Under the pieces are notes generated by a model. The model searched no databases. It was not told the origin of the DNA and saw only the letters and a program-made list of their open reading frames with translations. The position numbers and the translations under genes are program-made. A DNA stretch of 63,443 nucleotides, the filler included, from Sphacelaria rigidula (Eukaryota), in NCBI GenBank assembly GCA_964200075.2. It is 11 parts of 11 records of this genome, joined end to end, with 100 filler letters (N's around TTAATTAATTAA, not from the genome) between each part and the next. Parts side by side here need not be neighbours in the genome. Positions count along the whole stretch, not along the records: positions 23,109 to 28,785 come from CAXNAA020025331.1; positions 28,886 to 34,562 come from CAXNAA020025332.1; positions 34,663 to 40,339 come from CAXNAA020025333.1; 8 more parts are not named here. The stretch is one strand, 5' to 3'. Below are positions 24,655 through 37,775 of the stretch, piece by piece. The stretch's first letter is position 1, and every line of letters begins with the position of its first letter.

Positions 24655-25829
24655 CTGTGGCAGCAGAAAGGCATGAGAATACAGTACGAGCAACAAGAAG
24701 GCCAGCACGGGAGTAATGTCGCCGCATCTGCAGCACTTGCGTTATTAATAGTAAACCGGCGAATCGAACGCAGAACGCGCGCTTTCAAACCAGGTATACT
24801 AGCCAGGAACGGGCACTTCGAAAGGCAAAATAGTACGTGGACGCCAGCTGTTGGAGTCATTTGTCAGGACATCGTGTACAGTATACCACACACGAGACAC
24901 TGCATACTACAGAGAGGCAGATACCACGGGCAAAGCTCAAAATACCATGCGATGAAGTGTTGGCAAGATATCGAGCAGATTCATGTTGTACCGGATACGC
25001 AAGAGCTGGATGGCAACAAGGTCATTCCGATGTTCAACGGAAATTGCCAGAAAATAAACCTTGGAGGGCAACCGTGCTGAGCGGAGATTTTTTTCGATGG
25101 TTGGCCAACACAAATACCACTAATGAGCCATGCTACGGTAGGGGTGGCGAAAACATTTCTGGTGAAGGATAGTGGATTGAGAATTGAGCACTAGGCGGTA
25201 CGGACAATAGCAGGATTGATTGATGTCGAGATAGCTCTTCCCAAATCAGCCCGCTCCTTGGCTGAGTTGGTTGGGGGCTATGGCACGGCATCACTCACTC
25301 GTTGCCGACCAAACGACCAGGCACACACGCTGGCGGTGCTCTAAGGACGACTTTACGTTCGAACGCAGTGGTTCGAGCCTCGTGTCGGTGTAAGTAAATC
25401 TAACTCTGGAGATATTTCCTCACTCACTTCAAGTGCGATAGTCAAGCCCTCAAGCAATCTGACTCTCCCTGGGGGGAAGGGGGTACGGAGTCTCGCCAAG
25501 CTCACGTGGGCCTTCCCAGGGCTCGTGCTGCTGATACTCTATGCCCAAGTCTCATTCGTTCCGTGTGGAATAGTCAAAATGCGCACGTTACACATCTATT
25601 GCACTGTCAACAAACCCCTTTCATGAAGCCAATTAACACTCCCCGTGCCTAAGGCCACGTATCTGACGCCATCACGGACGTTCGTTACAAGATGTCGTTC
25701 GCCCCATATGACGCACACTTCACAAACTAACCATTTTTCGCCGGGGTTCAACAAAAAAGCACCCGGCGCGATAAAAACCGGCATTTTAATCTAATGCACG
25801 AATAGGTTCGGCCTTCGAGGGCGAACATA

Positions 25830-28250
25830 ATATACATCAGTTCTCCCCCCACACACTCTCCAACTTTTCTATCTGGAGGGAGAAGGTCGTTCCCAACTCC
25901 TGGCGCACGAGATCCGTCAGCGAACCGAACGCGTCCTCCGTCGTGTACATGTAAGTTGCCTTCTCGCAGTTGTGTAGGTCAGCGAGGTTGATTCGCTGTT
26001 TGACCCGATTCAAAACGCCGGGGACAAAGACGTAGGCTTGCGTACGACGAATAATACGAGAGAGGGCAAGGATTCCTGGGCGCGCTCTGCGTTAGGGTCT
26101 TGTTATTGAAGCAGGTATTCCTGCGACGTACAGCCTTCTTGATGTAGGCATGGATGCACCCCTCGGTTGCAAGTACGTTTCCCTCCTTATCTGCTTCCTG
26201 CAAGCGCCAATGGCGCACCTGATATGGCATCTGCATATCCGGCAATCGTGGCAAGCATGCAATAAGAGGGGCATGTGGATTGCTCGTGAGTCTTCAGCAA
26301 CAAAATGAACAATGCGGATGGCATATAATATCATTCGCGGGCGCGGGTTTCATCCCGTGGTCGTTGCGGCCGATCACGTGGTATGTATACAATTAATTTC
26401 GTCGAGATGCGGTAGGCGGTACATCTGAGCCCGGATTTTCGTCGTTCAGGGCCTCCTCAGGTGAAGAGGTACCAAAGAATATGGGCGAGGACGAACTCGT
26501 TTTCAAGTTCTCTCCGGATGTCCCTATCCCATTGGAGTACTGATCGTGGCGTGCTATCACATCACAAACCGTTTGTAAATGAGAGAGGGGGCCCCTACAT
26601 GGGTGACCACTGGGGCGCATGTATCCTTAAATTTGGACGTTAAATACGTTGTGCGACGTCTCGGATAGGTGCCAATTTGAAGTTTACAGGCACCCAGTGG
26701 TCGCCCGTGTAACGAAACGAACCGCAGCGCATACTTGTGCACCACTATCGCGCAGAATCATGAAACCGCCAAAGGTTGGGAGCGGTATGCGGACCCCCGA
26801 AAACGTACATTGCTTGCTGCGAGCCTTCGTCTTGGTCGTACAGCTCCGCAGGCGCAGCGCGGGTGCCTCGTCGTTTGTTCCAGGAGTAGCTGGTCTTGTC
26901 GGAATCCGCTGGAAGTTTACATCACCAATCTCGTAGTACTGCTCCTGGCTCGCCCTGTAGGGTGTTGAAATGAACCACGCGACACCATGGGAATGATGAT
27001 ATAGCGTGTTTAAACAATTGTGCATGGAGATTGGCGCTCTCCTATTTTGAAGCGGGATATATGTTGTTCTGCATGCATCGAGGGGGTGTGTGGGTCGTCA
27101 GCTTGTCAAATGTCAAAGTGTACAAAGATTGGTGTATCTTCGATACCGCCAACTGCAATAGCCACGGAGTGTAGCGGTATACCCGACATGCTCGGATATA
27201 GTCTTACTCACCTTGCTGCATTGGCAGTGTCCGAGAATGCTTGGCGGCGCTTGGAGTTTACCGGCTGCCCGTTCGTGGGACACGTGCTGCCTGTACTCTT
27301 CCGCTTCGGCGTGCCTTGTGGTTGGTCATTGCTGAAGTGAGAAACACAATAGCATGTTGAAAAGCGACATTGTCAGTGATGCGGAGGATACACCAACATG
27401 TTTTCCTCTTTGTTCGACTCCATTTTTCGAGTCGTGTATAGGGAGCATACGAGTCACGAGCATTACCTACCAGAGGTTGAGATGAACACGGAATTCATGT
27501 TCTCGTAGGGAACTCCATGATCACGGAGCTCATCTCGCGTGGGGAGCTACGAAGCATTAAATAGCCACATAATGGACAACAGAGGATGACTACGCGTAGG
27601 GTAGGTATCAAGCGCGCGGAGAACAGGCCCGAGGTGAGATTGATAATCTCTGCTTCCCGGAGTAATGAACACCCGATATGGAGCGGTGTAGAGATAGTAC
27701 ACGAGCTATCACACAATCCCGCACTCGAGAGTGTGAGGGACACGCTAGAAGTTTATCTTCACTCATCGGCTTAGAGAGTACAGTAGCAGGATCAGCTTCC
27801 TCAGATGAGGAGATACGTACACCGATACCTTAATTGACAAATACCTGTTGTTTGTTATTTCTCAAACGAGTTGTATGGCGTTATGTTAGTGCACCTGTGC
27901 GAGATCGATTCTGTAGGAACTGGCGCATCGTTGTCGACTCCTGCGACCAAGTTTATGTTGTATTCATCGTCGCTGCGGGTCGCTTCTCTGTGCACGGTAG
28001 CGTTCGTCAGCATCATCACCCCTCCGGTGTCGTCCTCGGAGTTTATTCCGACATCGCCGTCTGCGGTAAACGTTGACAGAACGGCTGCCGTGGTGGTGCC
28101 GTGTGTAACCTTCCCGTCCGCGCCCAGCAGCCCAAGGGAGTTGAGCACATCGAGGGGCAAGTACGCGCGAACGGCATCGCGCGCGGTGGACGCCGTGGTC
28201 GACCCTCCTCGTTTTATGTACACGTTCGGCTCCCTCGAAGGACCATCTGT
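25830..28250 (-). pseudogene. Decayed multi-exon gene with Ulp1/C48-peptidase-like motifs (probably transposon-borne)
   Basis: Exon-like blocks have splice sites (about 28247-27896, 27331-27211, 26957 onward). Frameshift-joined motifs include RP.TP..NDE, FVSL/GDHWVPVNF and Q.SNG...LAHILWY. There are multiple stop codons. Confidence 0.4.
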
Positions 28251-28467
28251 ATGTAGCAGTAAGTGGAAGCGACGGGAGGGATTGAAGGAAGAAGAATGTT
28301 GTGTGTACGCGTAGTGTATACAGAAGCCTTCTGTGACAGAGTAGTAACGATAAATCACATATATCAAAATGCACAAGATCCAAATCGGCAGGGACGATGA
28401 CCCTTGCCGAGATACAGGTGGAGTAGGATTCGAGCTCGTACGTATTACTCATGCAATATGTTGCTCC

Positions 28468-28720
28468 TGACACTTTCCACGCTGGCCTCCCCCCCCCCCC
28501 GAAACAAATCCATGGTTTTGGGAGGCAAAATGTTCACGTAAATCGAAATGATAAAAGCCAGGCACGACGAGCAGCTGGGAATTCCTACGCTTGACTTCGT
28601 TCTCGCCAAGGCTCTGCTATGAGGCGCTTCATGCAGCCTGAACCCAAACATCAGGCACTGTGTGGTCATTTTTTTCCGCGACACTTTTGGGCTGGTTTGG
28701 GGGGGGGGGGGGGGGGGCTC
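28468..28720 (+). mobile_element. MITE-like dispersed repeat beginning TGACACTTTCC; second copy at 36598-36840
   Basis: Both copies share GGGAGGCAAAAT..CACGTAAATCGA.ATGA.AAAAGCC...AGCTGGGAATTC...GCTTCATGCAGCCTGAA..CAAACATCAGGC and have C-run/G-run arms. Confidence 0.8.
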
Positions 28721-28885
28721 ACAGAAAACAAGCACTCCACAGAGGAGGACCAGCTATCTGAGTCGGCGGGGCACGCCCTAGAGCGNNNNNNNNNNNNNNN
28801 NNNNNNNNNNNNNNNNNNNNNNNNNNNNNTTAATTAATTAANNNNNNNNNNNNNNNNNNNNNNNNNNNNNNNNNNNNNNNNNNNN

Positions 28886-31800
28886 CTGACCACCCCGCGT
28901 GCACTACGTTAGAATCCATTTCCGATGAAGCGTTGCCGTCTGTAGGGACAGAGACTTCGCCGACTCATGGACGTTCGCATCCTAGTCATGAAGGCACCTC
29001 AATCGTGTGTTCGTCACCAGGCAAGCAAAGTGTTACGCAAGACGACTCGTCTCCTACCTCGCCCACGTTGGCCCCTTTAATAGACGCCGGGTTGAACAGT
29101 ACAGCTTTACCAACCCCGCGTCTTGACGAATCGTCTCCGGAACCTCCCATGTTGGCCCTAACTCGTGATGGTATTGAGTTGATTGGCGTATCAAACTCAA
29201 CACCGCGCCCCGATGAATCGTCTCTTGTTCCGACCAAGCTGGATAATGTAATTGATCCCGCTTTGCACAATGACGATTCGCCCCCTCTGTTGGCCAATAA
29301 GGGTGAAACACCAAGCACAGACCAGTTGTCGGGTCCAACGTCGACAACTTCCCTTCCCCGGCATCGCCCCTCCGTTGCGGTATATGAGATTCAATCCTCG
29401 ACTGATGAGACAAATATTCCAGGCACAAACACTGATACTCCCTGAACGCACCATCCTTCCGACCAAAAGCTTGTCCCACAGGATCATAAACGGGTGTATT
29501 TTAGCACCTTTGTTCAAAACGCGAAACAGGATGTGTCAGATGTCATACCCGAATTCGGGCCCGATCTCGTCAGTGGTACTGTAACTCTGGATGATGCTTC
29601 TTTTACGACCAAAATAGGTTTACATAGTGGAGCGCGTGCAACCTGTCATTTGATAGCTCTTGCACTACCAGACTCTGGTTCACCTCAAACGTTCATCACC
29701 GCCAGCTGCTGGCAACAGATGATCAACGCGGGCGCGGCGGACGAGCATTGTCTGTCCACCGTGCACTCTCGTGTTTTCGGTGGGTTTGGTTACTCCACAT
29801 CTCTTACGGTCAATCAATCGGTGAGACTAAGTGTACAATTTTACCAGGATACTACTCCCACTGCTCGGTTGTCCGTATGGGCACTAATAATGCCCGACGG
29901 TTCCATATCGTTTGATATTTTGTTGGGTCGAGATAGTTGGCTTCGTTTTTCCACACATACGTATACGACGGACACACCTGTCCCGAACCGTCCAGTAACA
30001 GGCAAACTGTATCTGGATCACTTCGACACTGACTCGGGAGCTCATGCTTATGAGGATGATCCCACGAAAACAGGGAATGCTCTCCGTCTGTACGATGTTG
30101 GTGAACCTGTAGTCTCGCTTTCTTCTGAACCCCAACTAATACAAGTGAACTTAGTAAGACGCAATGGATCGCCCGCCCTCACAGGACATTATTTGGTCGA
30201 GTTGCTCAAACCTGACCAAGCACAGGTTGATCCGTTTGAACAGACCGAAGTCTTTGTCCACGAAGGTAGGCAGGCCATTTACCTCACGTCCTCTGCATGT
30301 TTCGATATACTCAAGGGTCAGTTGTTGGGTTATGCTCAAGCGCCTCTCATACGAACTGCTCTGGCAGATGTGTGCACCCCGGCGAACAACAACTCGCCGA
30401 CCGACCCCCCGAAATCCACGGGCCCCACTTCGCTACACATGTCTGACCCCATGGTGGTGACAAATCCACCGGATGCGCCTGACCCTCAACCCCCAACTGC
30501 ATTACTAGATAGATTTTCTCCAGAACAACGCGCCAGTTTCCAAACGTTGTGAGATGACATTCCCCCTCACTTACGGCATATTGTTTTTGATCTATCTGGC
30601 GATGATTGGACACCCACTGTAATCGATAGATTGAGATCCATCTTGATTAGGTACTCTGAACGGTTTTGTACTGCACCCTTGGATTTAGGTCGATGTACCA
30701 CGACACCGTTTAAGATCATTCCTGATGGCACTCCTCCTATCGCTATGCGTCCGTACCGTACGAACCCACTTTTAGCGAATAAGATCCAGGTAATTCTCGA
30801 TGGTTACTTATCTGCCGGTTTGATTCGGCACTCGACGTCTCCGTGGGCCTCGCCTTTAGTAGTCGTCGGTAAGAAAAATGGCAAAATCAGACTGACTGTC
30901 AAGTATCAACGATTGAATGCTGTCACCAAAATCGCCCGGTTGCCACTTCCGCGGATTGATGAAATTATTGACTCTCTTGGCGGGGGTAAGGTGTTTTCGA
31001 ACTTTAACACGCAGTCCGGCTACCACCAGCTCGTGATGGATCCGAATTCCATTGAACTGACAGCGTTTTGCACGCCATCAGGTTTGTACGAGTGATTGGT
31101 TACACCACAAGGTGCCGCCGGAGCTCCGGGTGCGTTTCAACGTGTAATGTTCCGTGTAACTGATGGATTGCCCAGATGCCATATGTACCTTGATAATGCG
31201 ATGTGCCACGACTCCACACCGGCCGAACACGTCGAACAGTTGGCATCATTCTTCAATCGGTTTGAACAACACAACTTGAAACTCGCACCCTCCAAATCCC
31301 GCATCGGCGCCCCGAAGATTGAGTTCTTGGGTCATTGCATCACCTCCGAAGGTCGTAGCCCAAACCTCGACAAGGTCGCCGCGCTCTCCGATATGCCCAT
31401 GCCACGGGACATTTCTCAACTGCGTTCCTTGTTGGGAGGTCTAAGCTACTATGAACAATACTTGCCAGACCTTGCCCAAAAGCTAAACCCCCTCACCACC
31501 CTCCTCAAAAAAGGGGTAAAATTTGTGTTCACATTGGAAATGGGAAAAACCGTCCGCCGCCCCCTTGACACCCTTTCGCGCCCGCCGATTCTTGTCTTCC
31601 CCGACTGGTCGGCCGCGGAGCAGGGTTCCCGCCCTTTCCGGCTCCACAAATATTCTTCTCAAATTGGGTTTGGCTGCACATTGGAACAGGAGCAAGTCGA
31701 TGCTACTGTTCGTCCCATTGTCTATCTGAGTCCCACCACTTTTCCGAATGAACAGAATGGGTCTGTCATGGAACAAGAGGACGGCGCAGTTGTCTGGGGC

Positions 31801-33790
31801 GTGCGACGTCTGCGTCAGTATTTGTCTGACATCCCGTTTTTGATTTATACCGACCACAAGTCTTTGGAAAGCCTTGCCAAAATGGCGGAACACAACGCTA
31901 GGGTCCAACGCTGGTTCGAAATCCTGCCGTCTTACCACTTTCAACTGAAGTACCGCACAGGTCCCCAGAATGCAAACGGCGACTTCCTGTCAAGCTTGCC
32001 CACACCAGCTCAACCTATCGATGAATCCGCCATGGGACGTATCACCGATTCCACCGTAGACATTGTATATTTCATAAGCAGGAATGGACATAGAGATCTC
32101 TACACACTACTTTCACTCAAAGAAACGCCGTCTTTAGGCATGGGTGGTCTGACGACCACAGCCCACGCATCAGTTCTAGGCAGCTTGCAACCTCAATCGT
32201 TGTACTCAGTTTGGAATGGACTGTCTACGAATACCGTTGGCTATGATCATTTTCGTGCAACTGGCCAGCGCATTCTTTTCGTAGTAGGTGTAGAACCGTC
32301 CTTTGCTGACTCCGTCTTACCAGTTCAAGTTCGAGATTTGATTTCGAGTAGAATTCGTGGACGGCGGACCGCCGAAACGGCCACCAAATTAGCCGTATCC
32401 GGTCCTGACCTCCCCCCCCCTGCCCCCACCCCGGTCCCCGATATTTTCCTTGCGCCCCCGCAGCCTCCGCGACGCAAGGCCCCCAGGAAATCGACCCCGA
32501 CCGTGCCGCCCCTGCCAACCATAGCCGAATCCACGGCTGTGCCCCCCTCCAGTGGTGATGATATTGCAAACACCACCACAACACCCTCCACGCTAATCGG
32601 CGCAGGAGTAGACGATAACATTCCGTCTGAGAGTACACCAAGTGGTAGGCTCACCCTTGATTCCGAAATCACAGCTTCGTGCCAACCCCGCCCCGAACCG
32701 ACCCAACACGAAGTCTACGCTTCATTAGATGGTGTATTCAAGGAACGTTTGACTCTCTTCTCCCACGCCGATTGGGCCCGGGAACAACAGGCAGAACCTG
32801 CTTGTAAATCAGCTATCCATTATCTTTCGAAAGGTTGTCCATGCCCATTCTCAGAAATTGAATTCCTTTTGCCAGTCGGGAATCTCAAAGCGCCCACACA
32901 GGATGAAGTTACTCGACTTTCAAGGAAAGGTATGCTACATATGGATGATAATGGTATAGTTCTGTTGGTTCGCCGGCCCACAGCAGCCCTCCCCAGGGGG
33001 AAGCCTACAAGTCGACATGCCCGCTTGCTAGGTAATGAACCCGTCCGCATCTATGTCCCGATGCTACTGCGCCCATGGGTTCTACACGAATGCCACTCAC
33101 AGGCATCGACTCATTTAGGCACCATTAGGACCTCACAGATGTTGGAACGTTTTTATTGGTGGGTTTGTATGGATCAGTGTTGTCGATGGTGGGTGAGGCG
33201 TTGTCTTTTGTGTGAGGCGCGAAAAACTTCTCGTCAAACAGTTCGTTGGCCAATTGTTTCCATGCCACTCCCACATGGGCCTAGTGAAATCGTGTCGTGG
33301 GACTATTTTGGTCCTTTGCCCCTGATGGATAGTGGGAATAAGTATATTTTGTTGTTTACGGATAGATTTAGTCGACATGCGGTGATGCACGCCGTCCCCC
33401 CCAGTAGTTATACCGCGGAAGGTACCGCCAACATTCTTGTCTACATGTACATCTCACTGTGGGGTGTGCCCAAAGGCTTATTATCTGACAACGGCCCGCA
33501 TTTTTCAGGCAAACTGTCTGCCGCCGTCAGTGACCTTTTGGGTGCCCATCGCATTTTTACTAGTTCATATCACCCTTCCACCAATGGTGGAACGCAACGA
33601 GTGAACCATACGATGGCGCAGATGCTTGCTGCTGTAGCGAATGAGAGACAGATGGACTGGGATCTGCACCTGCCCCTTGTCCAGATGAACTACAACAATT
33701 CAGTCAATGCCGCTACGGGATTGTCGCCGAATGAAATTCATGTTGGACACATGCCTCGGTTACCGTTAACCGTATTCGAAGATCTCTCCA
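28886..33790 (+). pseudogene. pol: Ty3/gypsy LTR-retrotransposon pol (protease-RT-RNase H-integrase), disrupted
   Basis: Protease: LALPDSGS...ILLGRD. RT: SPWASPLVVV..K..RL...LN, LPRIDE, GYHQL, TAFCTP.GLYE, YLDN (expected YLDD). RNase H: RPIVYLS...YTDHKSL. Integrase: H..H..C..C and D-D(SDNG)-Q (expected E). In-frame TGA at 30550-30552 and 31093-31095. Confidence 0.95.
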
Positions 33791-34819
33791 CAACCAGACG
33801 GGGGACGAAAACATGGGATATGTCCTGTTTCACTGCTGTACCGCAGCAAAAACACTCAAGCCTCTCTCATGTGTTGGAGCTTCCACTGTCCGTTCTGTTG
33901 TGAGGTGTTCACGCATTGCGAAGACGGTTTGGATTGCATGGGCTGCGATATTGTCGTTGTGTTCGTCTCTGCAGAAAACAACGTTAGTCGGCACGCCGTT
34001 CTGGCTGTACACTGTTGAAAGCTTCATGGGTGTGTTGGCTGCTTCCTCTTCGGTAAGACGAGCAACGCGCTGTCCGTTGCTGCGACACTCCTGCCGGTGC
34101 CGTGCATTGGGCGCCCTGTACTGTACCGTACAACTGTGTTGTGTTCAGTGTACTATACTGTACTATTATATTCATGATTCTGTATCGTGCTGGAATACTA
34201 CGAGATTAGACCGCACGAACACTAGGTTGGGCTATTACATGTGTATTTACACAAGCAGCAGCGCTTTTCTTGACATACTTCCCTTTTGTGGGAGGCACGT
34301 CAACTCTTTTCACTGTCGTCCCCCAAGTCACCAACGCAGCGGAGCCCTGGACTACTGCCGAGATAGCCCCCCCCCCAAACCGGCCAAAATCGTGCACCGA
34401 GGCGATGATCATAACTACCGTCAAAGCTGGTTTCGTGCTGGACGACGCGACTGATTTGGGCATTATAGCTGATTTCGGACTGCTACACGCCTCTCATGTG
34501 AGCGAAATTGCTGCAAACGAGCACAATAGTGGGATCGCAGCCGGTTCGTTGGATGGTCTCCGNNNNNNNNNNNNNNNNNNNNNNNNNNNNNNNNNNNNNN
34601 NNNNNNTTAATTAATTAANNNNNNNNNNNNNNNNNNNNNNNNNNNNNNNNNNNNNNNNNNNNTGTCGTACTGTAGGCGCGCAGTGTCTGAGATGGCACGT
34701 AGACGAGACCTCCAGCGCGCCAAGGCGTCGCGCTCATAGAAAACGTCGAAGTTCCGGCTGAGGTTATTGTACCCTAAAAGAAAGTGAATCGGTTATCGGC
34801 GGAAAAACGCGATTACACT

Positions 34820-35323
34820 GCTCAATTCGAAGTCGTTTCCCATGAAATTTTGACACGGTATACATGAGGTATATGTGCATCCCATGCCGTTTGCCCCCTC
34901 TCTAATTTTATTTTTCGTCGTATGTTGTTGATAATCAAAATTTCGGAACAGTTATTTCTGGTGCAAAAGCGTCGACAACTCATCAAAAAAAAAAAAAAGT
35001 GAAGGGGGGGCAATATGGACTTCACAACATACCTCATGCGCATCGTCTCGAAATTTCGTGAAAAAATACTCGAAATTAAATAGCATAACCGCGTTTCATT
35101 TTTTCGTGGCTGGTTCATCTCCACACAGGAACCAGTCTTGGACACGAACAAGCGCTTAACAGCTGAGTTTCAGGTTGTTTTGAATGAAATTTTTACACGA
35201 TGTACATGATGTATGTGCGAAGACGCCACCTTTTCCCCTCTACATTTTGTTGTTTTTCCTCGTGAGTTATCGGCGACCAAACATTTCAGAACAGCTTTAT
35301 AGGAACAAAATCGTGAATAACTT

Positions 35324-35354
<31 letters not shown>

Positions 35355-35436
35355 GGGGAGGAAAGTGGCGTCTTCGCACATACATCCTGTACATCGTGTC
35401 AAAATTTCAGAGAAAACAACCTGAAACTCAGCTGTT
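34820..35436. mobile_element. Two adjacent related palindromic MITEs: a diverged copy (about 34820-35085) and a well-conserved copy (35158-35436, ~85-bp TIRs)
   Basis: AACAGCTGAGTTTCAGGTTGTTTT...ACACGATGTACA.GATGTATGTGCGAAGACGCCAC pairs with GTGGCGTCTTCGCACATACATC.TGTACATCGTGT...AAAACAACCTGAAACTCAGCTGTT. Confidence 0.85.
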
Positions 35437-36824
35437 GAATCACGTATTCACATCCCCGTCCGCGTCTTAGGCGGCCCAGCCTGTATTGATATATGGATAA
35501 ACATATACCACGTAGTATATATAAATAAGCTTTGTGCGATAGACCTTTTCTACCAAAGTCTTTGTTGCAGAGATTGGCGGCTATTTCTAATTCTTCACTT
35601 TTTCTTGTGTGCCTTTGTTTTGTTTTGTCCTCTCAATCCCTTTTTTTTTCTTGCTATTTTCTCCTGTCTATTTTGATCTGCATTTCTGATTTCCTCTCGG
35701 CTCTTCAGCGGGTGTCACCGTTTTAATTTCATCTCGGGGTTGAGTCTAGCATGTGGATAATGACCACGACTGGATCATGAATCATGAGGGATCATAGTAA
35801 GATGCGACAACCGATCGATCAAAATCAAAATCAGTAAATCATCGCGAAAATATCCAGCAAACAGTCGACATATATGTGGTAACCTGTTTCTCCTTCTCTC
35901 TATATATATTTCGAGGATTAATTTACTTCTTGAACATATATCCAACATGTTTTTGTGAAGGACGTGCCGATGACTCAGAAAGCCAAGCGTACAAAAACGT
36001 GCGGGGATAGAGACAAAAACAAGGTACAGCGTACAGTACCGTCGGGCAACAGGTGACGTCGTTACGTGACTTCGATAAGCGTAACATCCCCTTCATCATA
36101 GACGGGTGCATGCTCGCCTCTACCTCATGAAACAGGGAATAACAGACAAAAAATAAAATAAAAATCTCGAGAAAATAACTTCTATGAAAAAAAGAAGAAG
36201 GAAAGAGACGGAACCATGCAAGAAAAAAAAATGCAACCGAAACACCCAAATATTTTTATATATATAGGGATACATTCCTAAATCGCGGGTCGTACTCACG
36301 CCATATATATGTATATATATTTACATGTTTAAATGTACTGAAACAACACTTTGGCCAGGGGGCACGACCTGAGACAGTCGAAACTTTCTCTTTCTTCCTT
36401 TCGGCATACTTTTGCCCACGGAAGGCGTCCGCATCAGATGCCCAGTGCAGGGCACTGCGCAGATTTCGGAACAGTTTTTCACGCGAACACAACGACGACG
36501 ACGACGACAACAACACTTTCCAACTCCTCTGTTTTTTCGGTACGAGTCCGTGTTTCATCTCAAATGGATCGATCCATCTCCCACCGGTACACACCTTTGA
36601 CACTTTCCCCGATAGCCCCCCCCCCCTGTCTCCCAAAAGTGGCTGGTTTGGGGAGGCAAAATTCACACGTAAATCGAGATGAAAAAAGCCGAGCACAACG
36701 AAAAGCTGGGAATTCAAACGCTTCGGTTCGTTTTCGTCTATGCCGCCCCTGAGAGGTGCTTCATGCAGCCTGAAAACAAACATCAGGCGCTTTATGACCA
36801 TTTCTTCGTGACAGTTTTTACTAG

Positions 36825-37775
36825 GGGGGGGGAAAGGGGGGTTTACTCATGATCATGCATGCCATAGTTATCAGACCATTGACCTCGCATATCTACTAAG
36901 CCGGGACGGAGCACGCCGGGTTTTCGCCGGACCAGGCTCGCACTCAGTCACCAAGTGCCAAGCATCGTGGTGTGTTCGGCGAGTCGCATGAACGATGACT
37001 GCATCCCGCCAAGATTGTTCGACCCGAAGCCTCCTGATTATCTTGTATTTGGATAACAGCCTACAATGAGTTGCTTTACTATCTGGTATTGCCACTCCCA
37101 GAGACAGCCACGGCTTTTACACTGCCTTATGGGTGTCTCACCATATAAACACTCAGGTACGATCATTCCCTTTGTGCGGAGTTGACCTTCTCCCACGCCG
37201 CGCAACATGATTTAGCTCGACCACCATCGTAGTTACCGCAAAAAAACGCAGGCGCCCGAAAAAAATCGGTTACCTGGTTGCCTGGCTTTCGCCGTGAGTA
37301 GGTGTTGTGTGTCTTGTAGTCCCCTTCATTCTGTACGCCGGCTTACACCATTCGGTATATGTGGGCGCATCAGCTGGGGTCACACAGGAAGGTGAACACA
37401 GGAGCTCTGTTCCTTTTTATTTGTTTCTAGTACTCTACCTTCCTTCTGCGGTGCTTGCCTTTATTTTTTATTGCGAGAGGGGTGCAGCAGTCCCTCTTCC
37501 TCGTCTACCGTTAAGTCCAATTTTGTGTACCCACAACATAGTCACCCTCCACTGTTGGGCATGGTGTGAGAAAAAATCCCAGATCGCTCGGAGATTCGAA
37601 CCCCCGACCCAACCGTCAGAACGTGTCGAGGTTTCCAACTGAGCCACCAGGGCGACCGACGTGAGTGGCGTGTTTTATAGCGCCATCGCCAACCGACGCC
37701 AACCCCGTCGGGGGTTCGCCCCTACAAAGCTGGAGCGGAGCACACCGGGTTCTCGCCGGATAATGATTTGGGGGG
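36825..37775 (-). mobile_element. Dispersed repeat with internal ~50-bp direct repeats, split by a SINE; partial copies at 38372-38695 (+), 40270-40339 (+), 51400-51735 (+)
   Basis: Shared blocks are GGTGAGACAC.CATGAGGCAGT.T..A..C.TGGCTGTC and CCGGCGA.AACCCGG..TGCTCC. The segment 51420-51735 is collinear with 37770-37660 plus 37300-37095. Confidence 0.75.
37301..37660 (-). mobile_element. tRNA-derived SINE, family A
   Basis: The head has an A-box (GTGGCTCAGTTGG) and a B-box (GGTTCGAATC); the body is homologous to 47632-47964. It is flanked by TSD-like CGTGAGT(A/G)G. Confidence 0.85.

Noticed and set aside
33830..34562. Possible coding fragments after the truncated integrase, including a DFGL motif
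   Set aside because: No other kinase motifs are present and there is no consistent frame or strand.
37340..37385. Hammerhead ribozyme in the SINE A tail (CTGATGCG...CCGAA)
   Set aside because: The core is CUGAUGC rather than CUGANGA, stem II does not pair, and the motif varies between copies.
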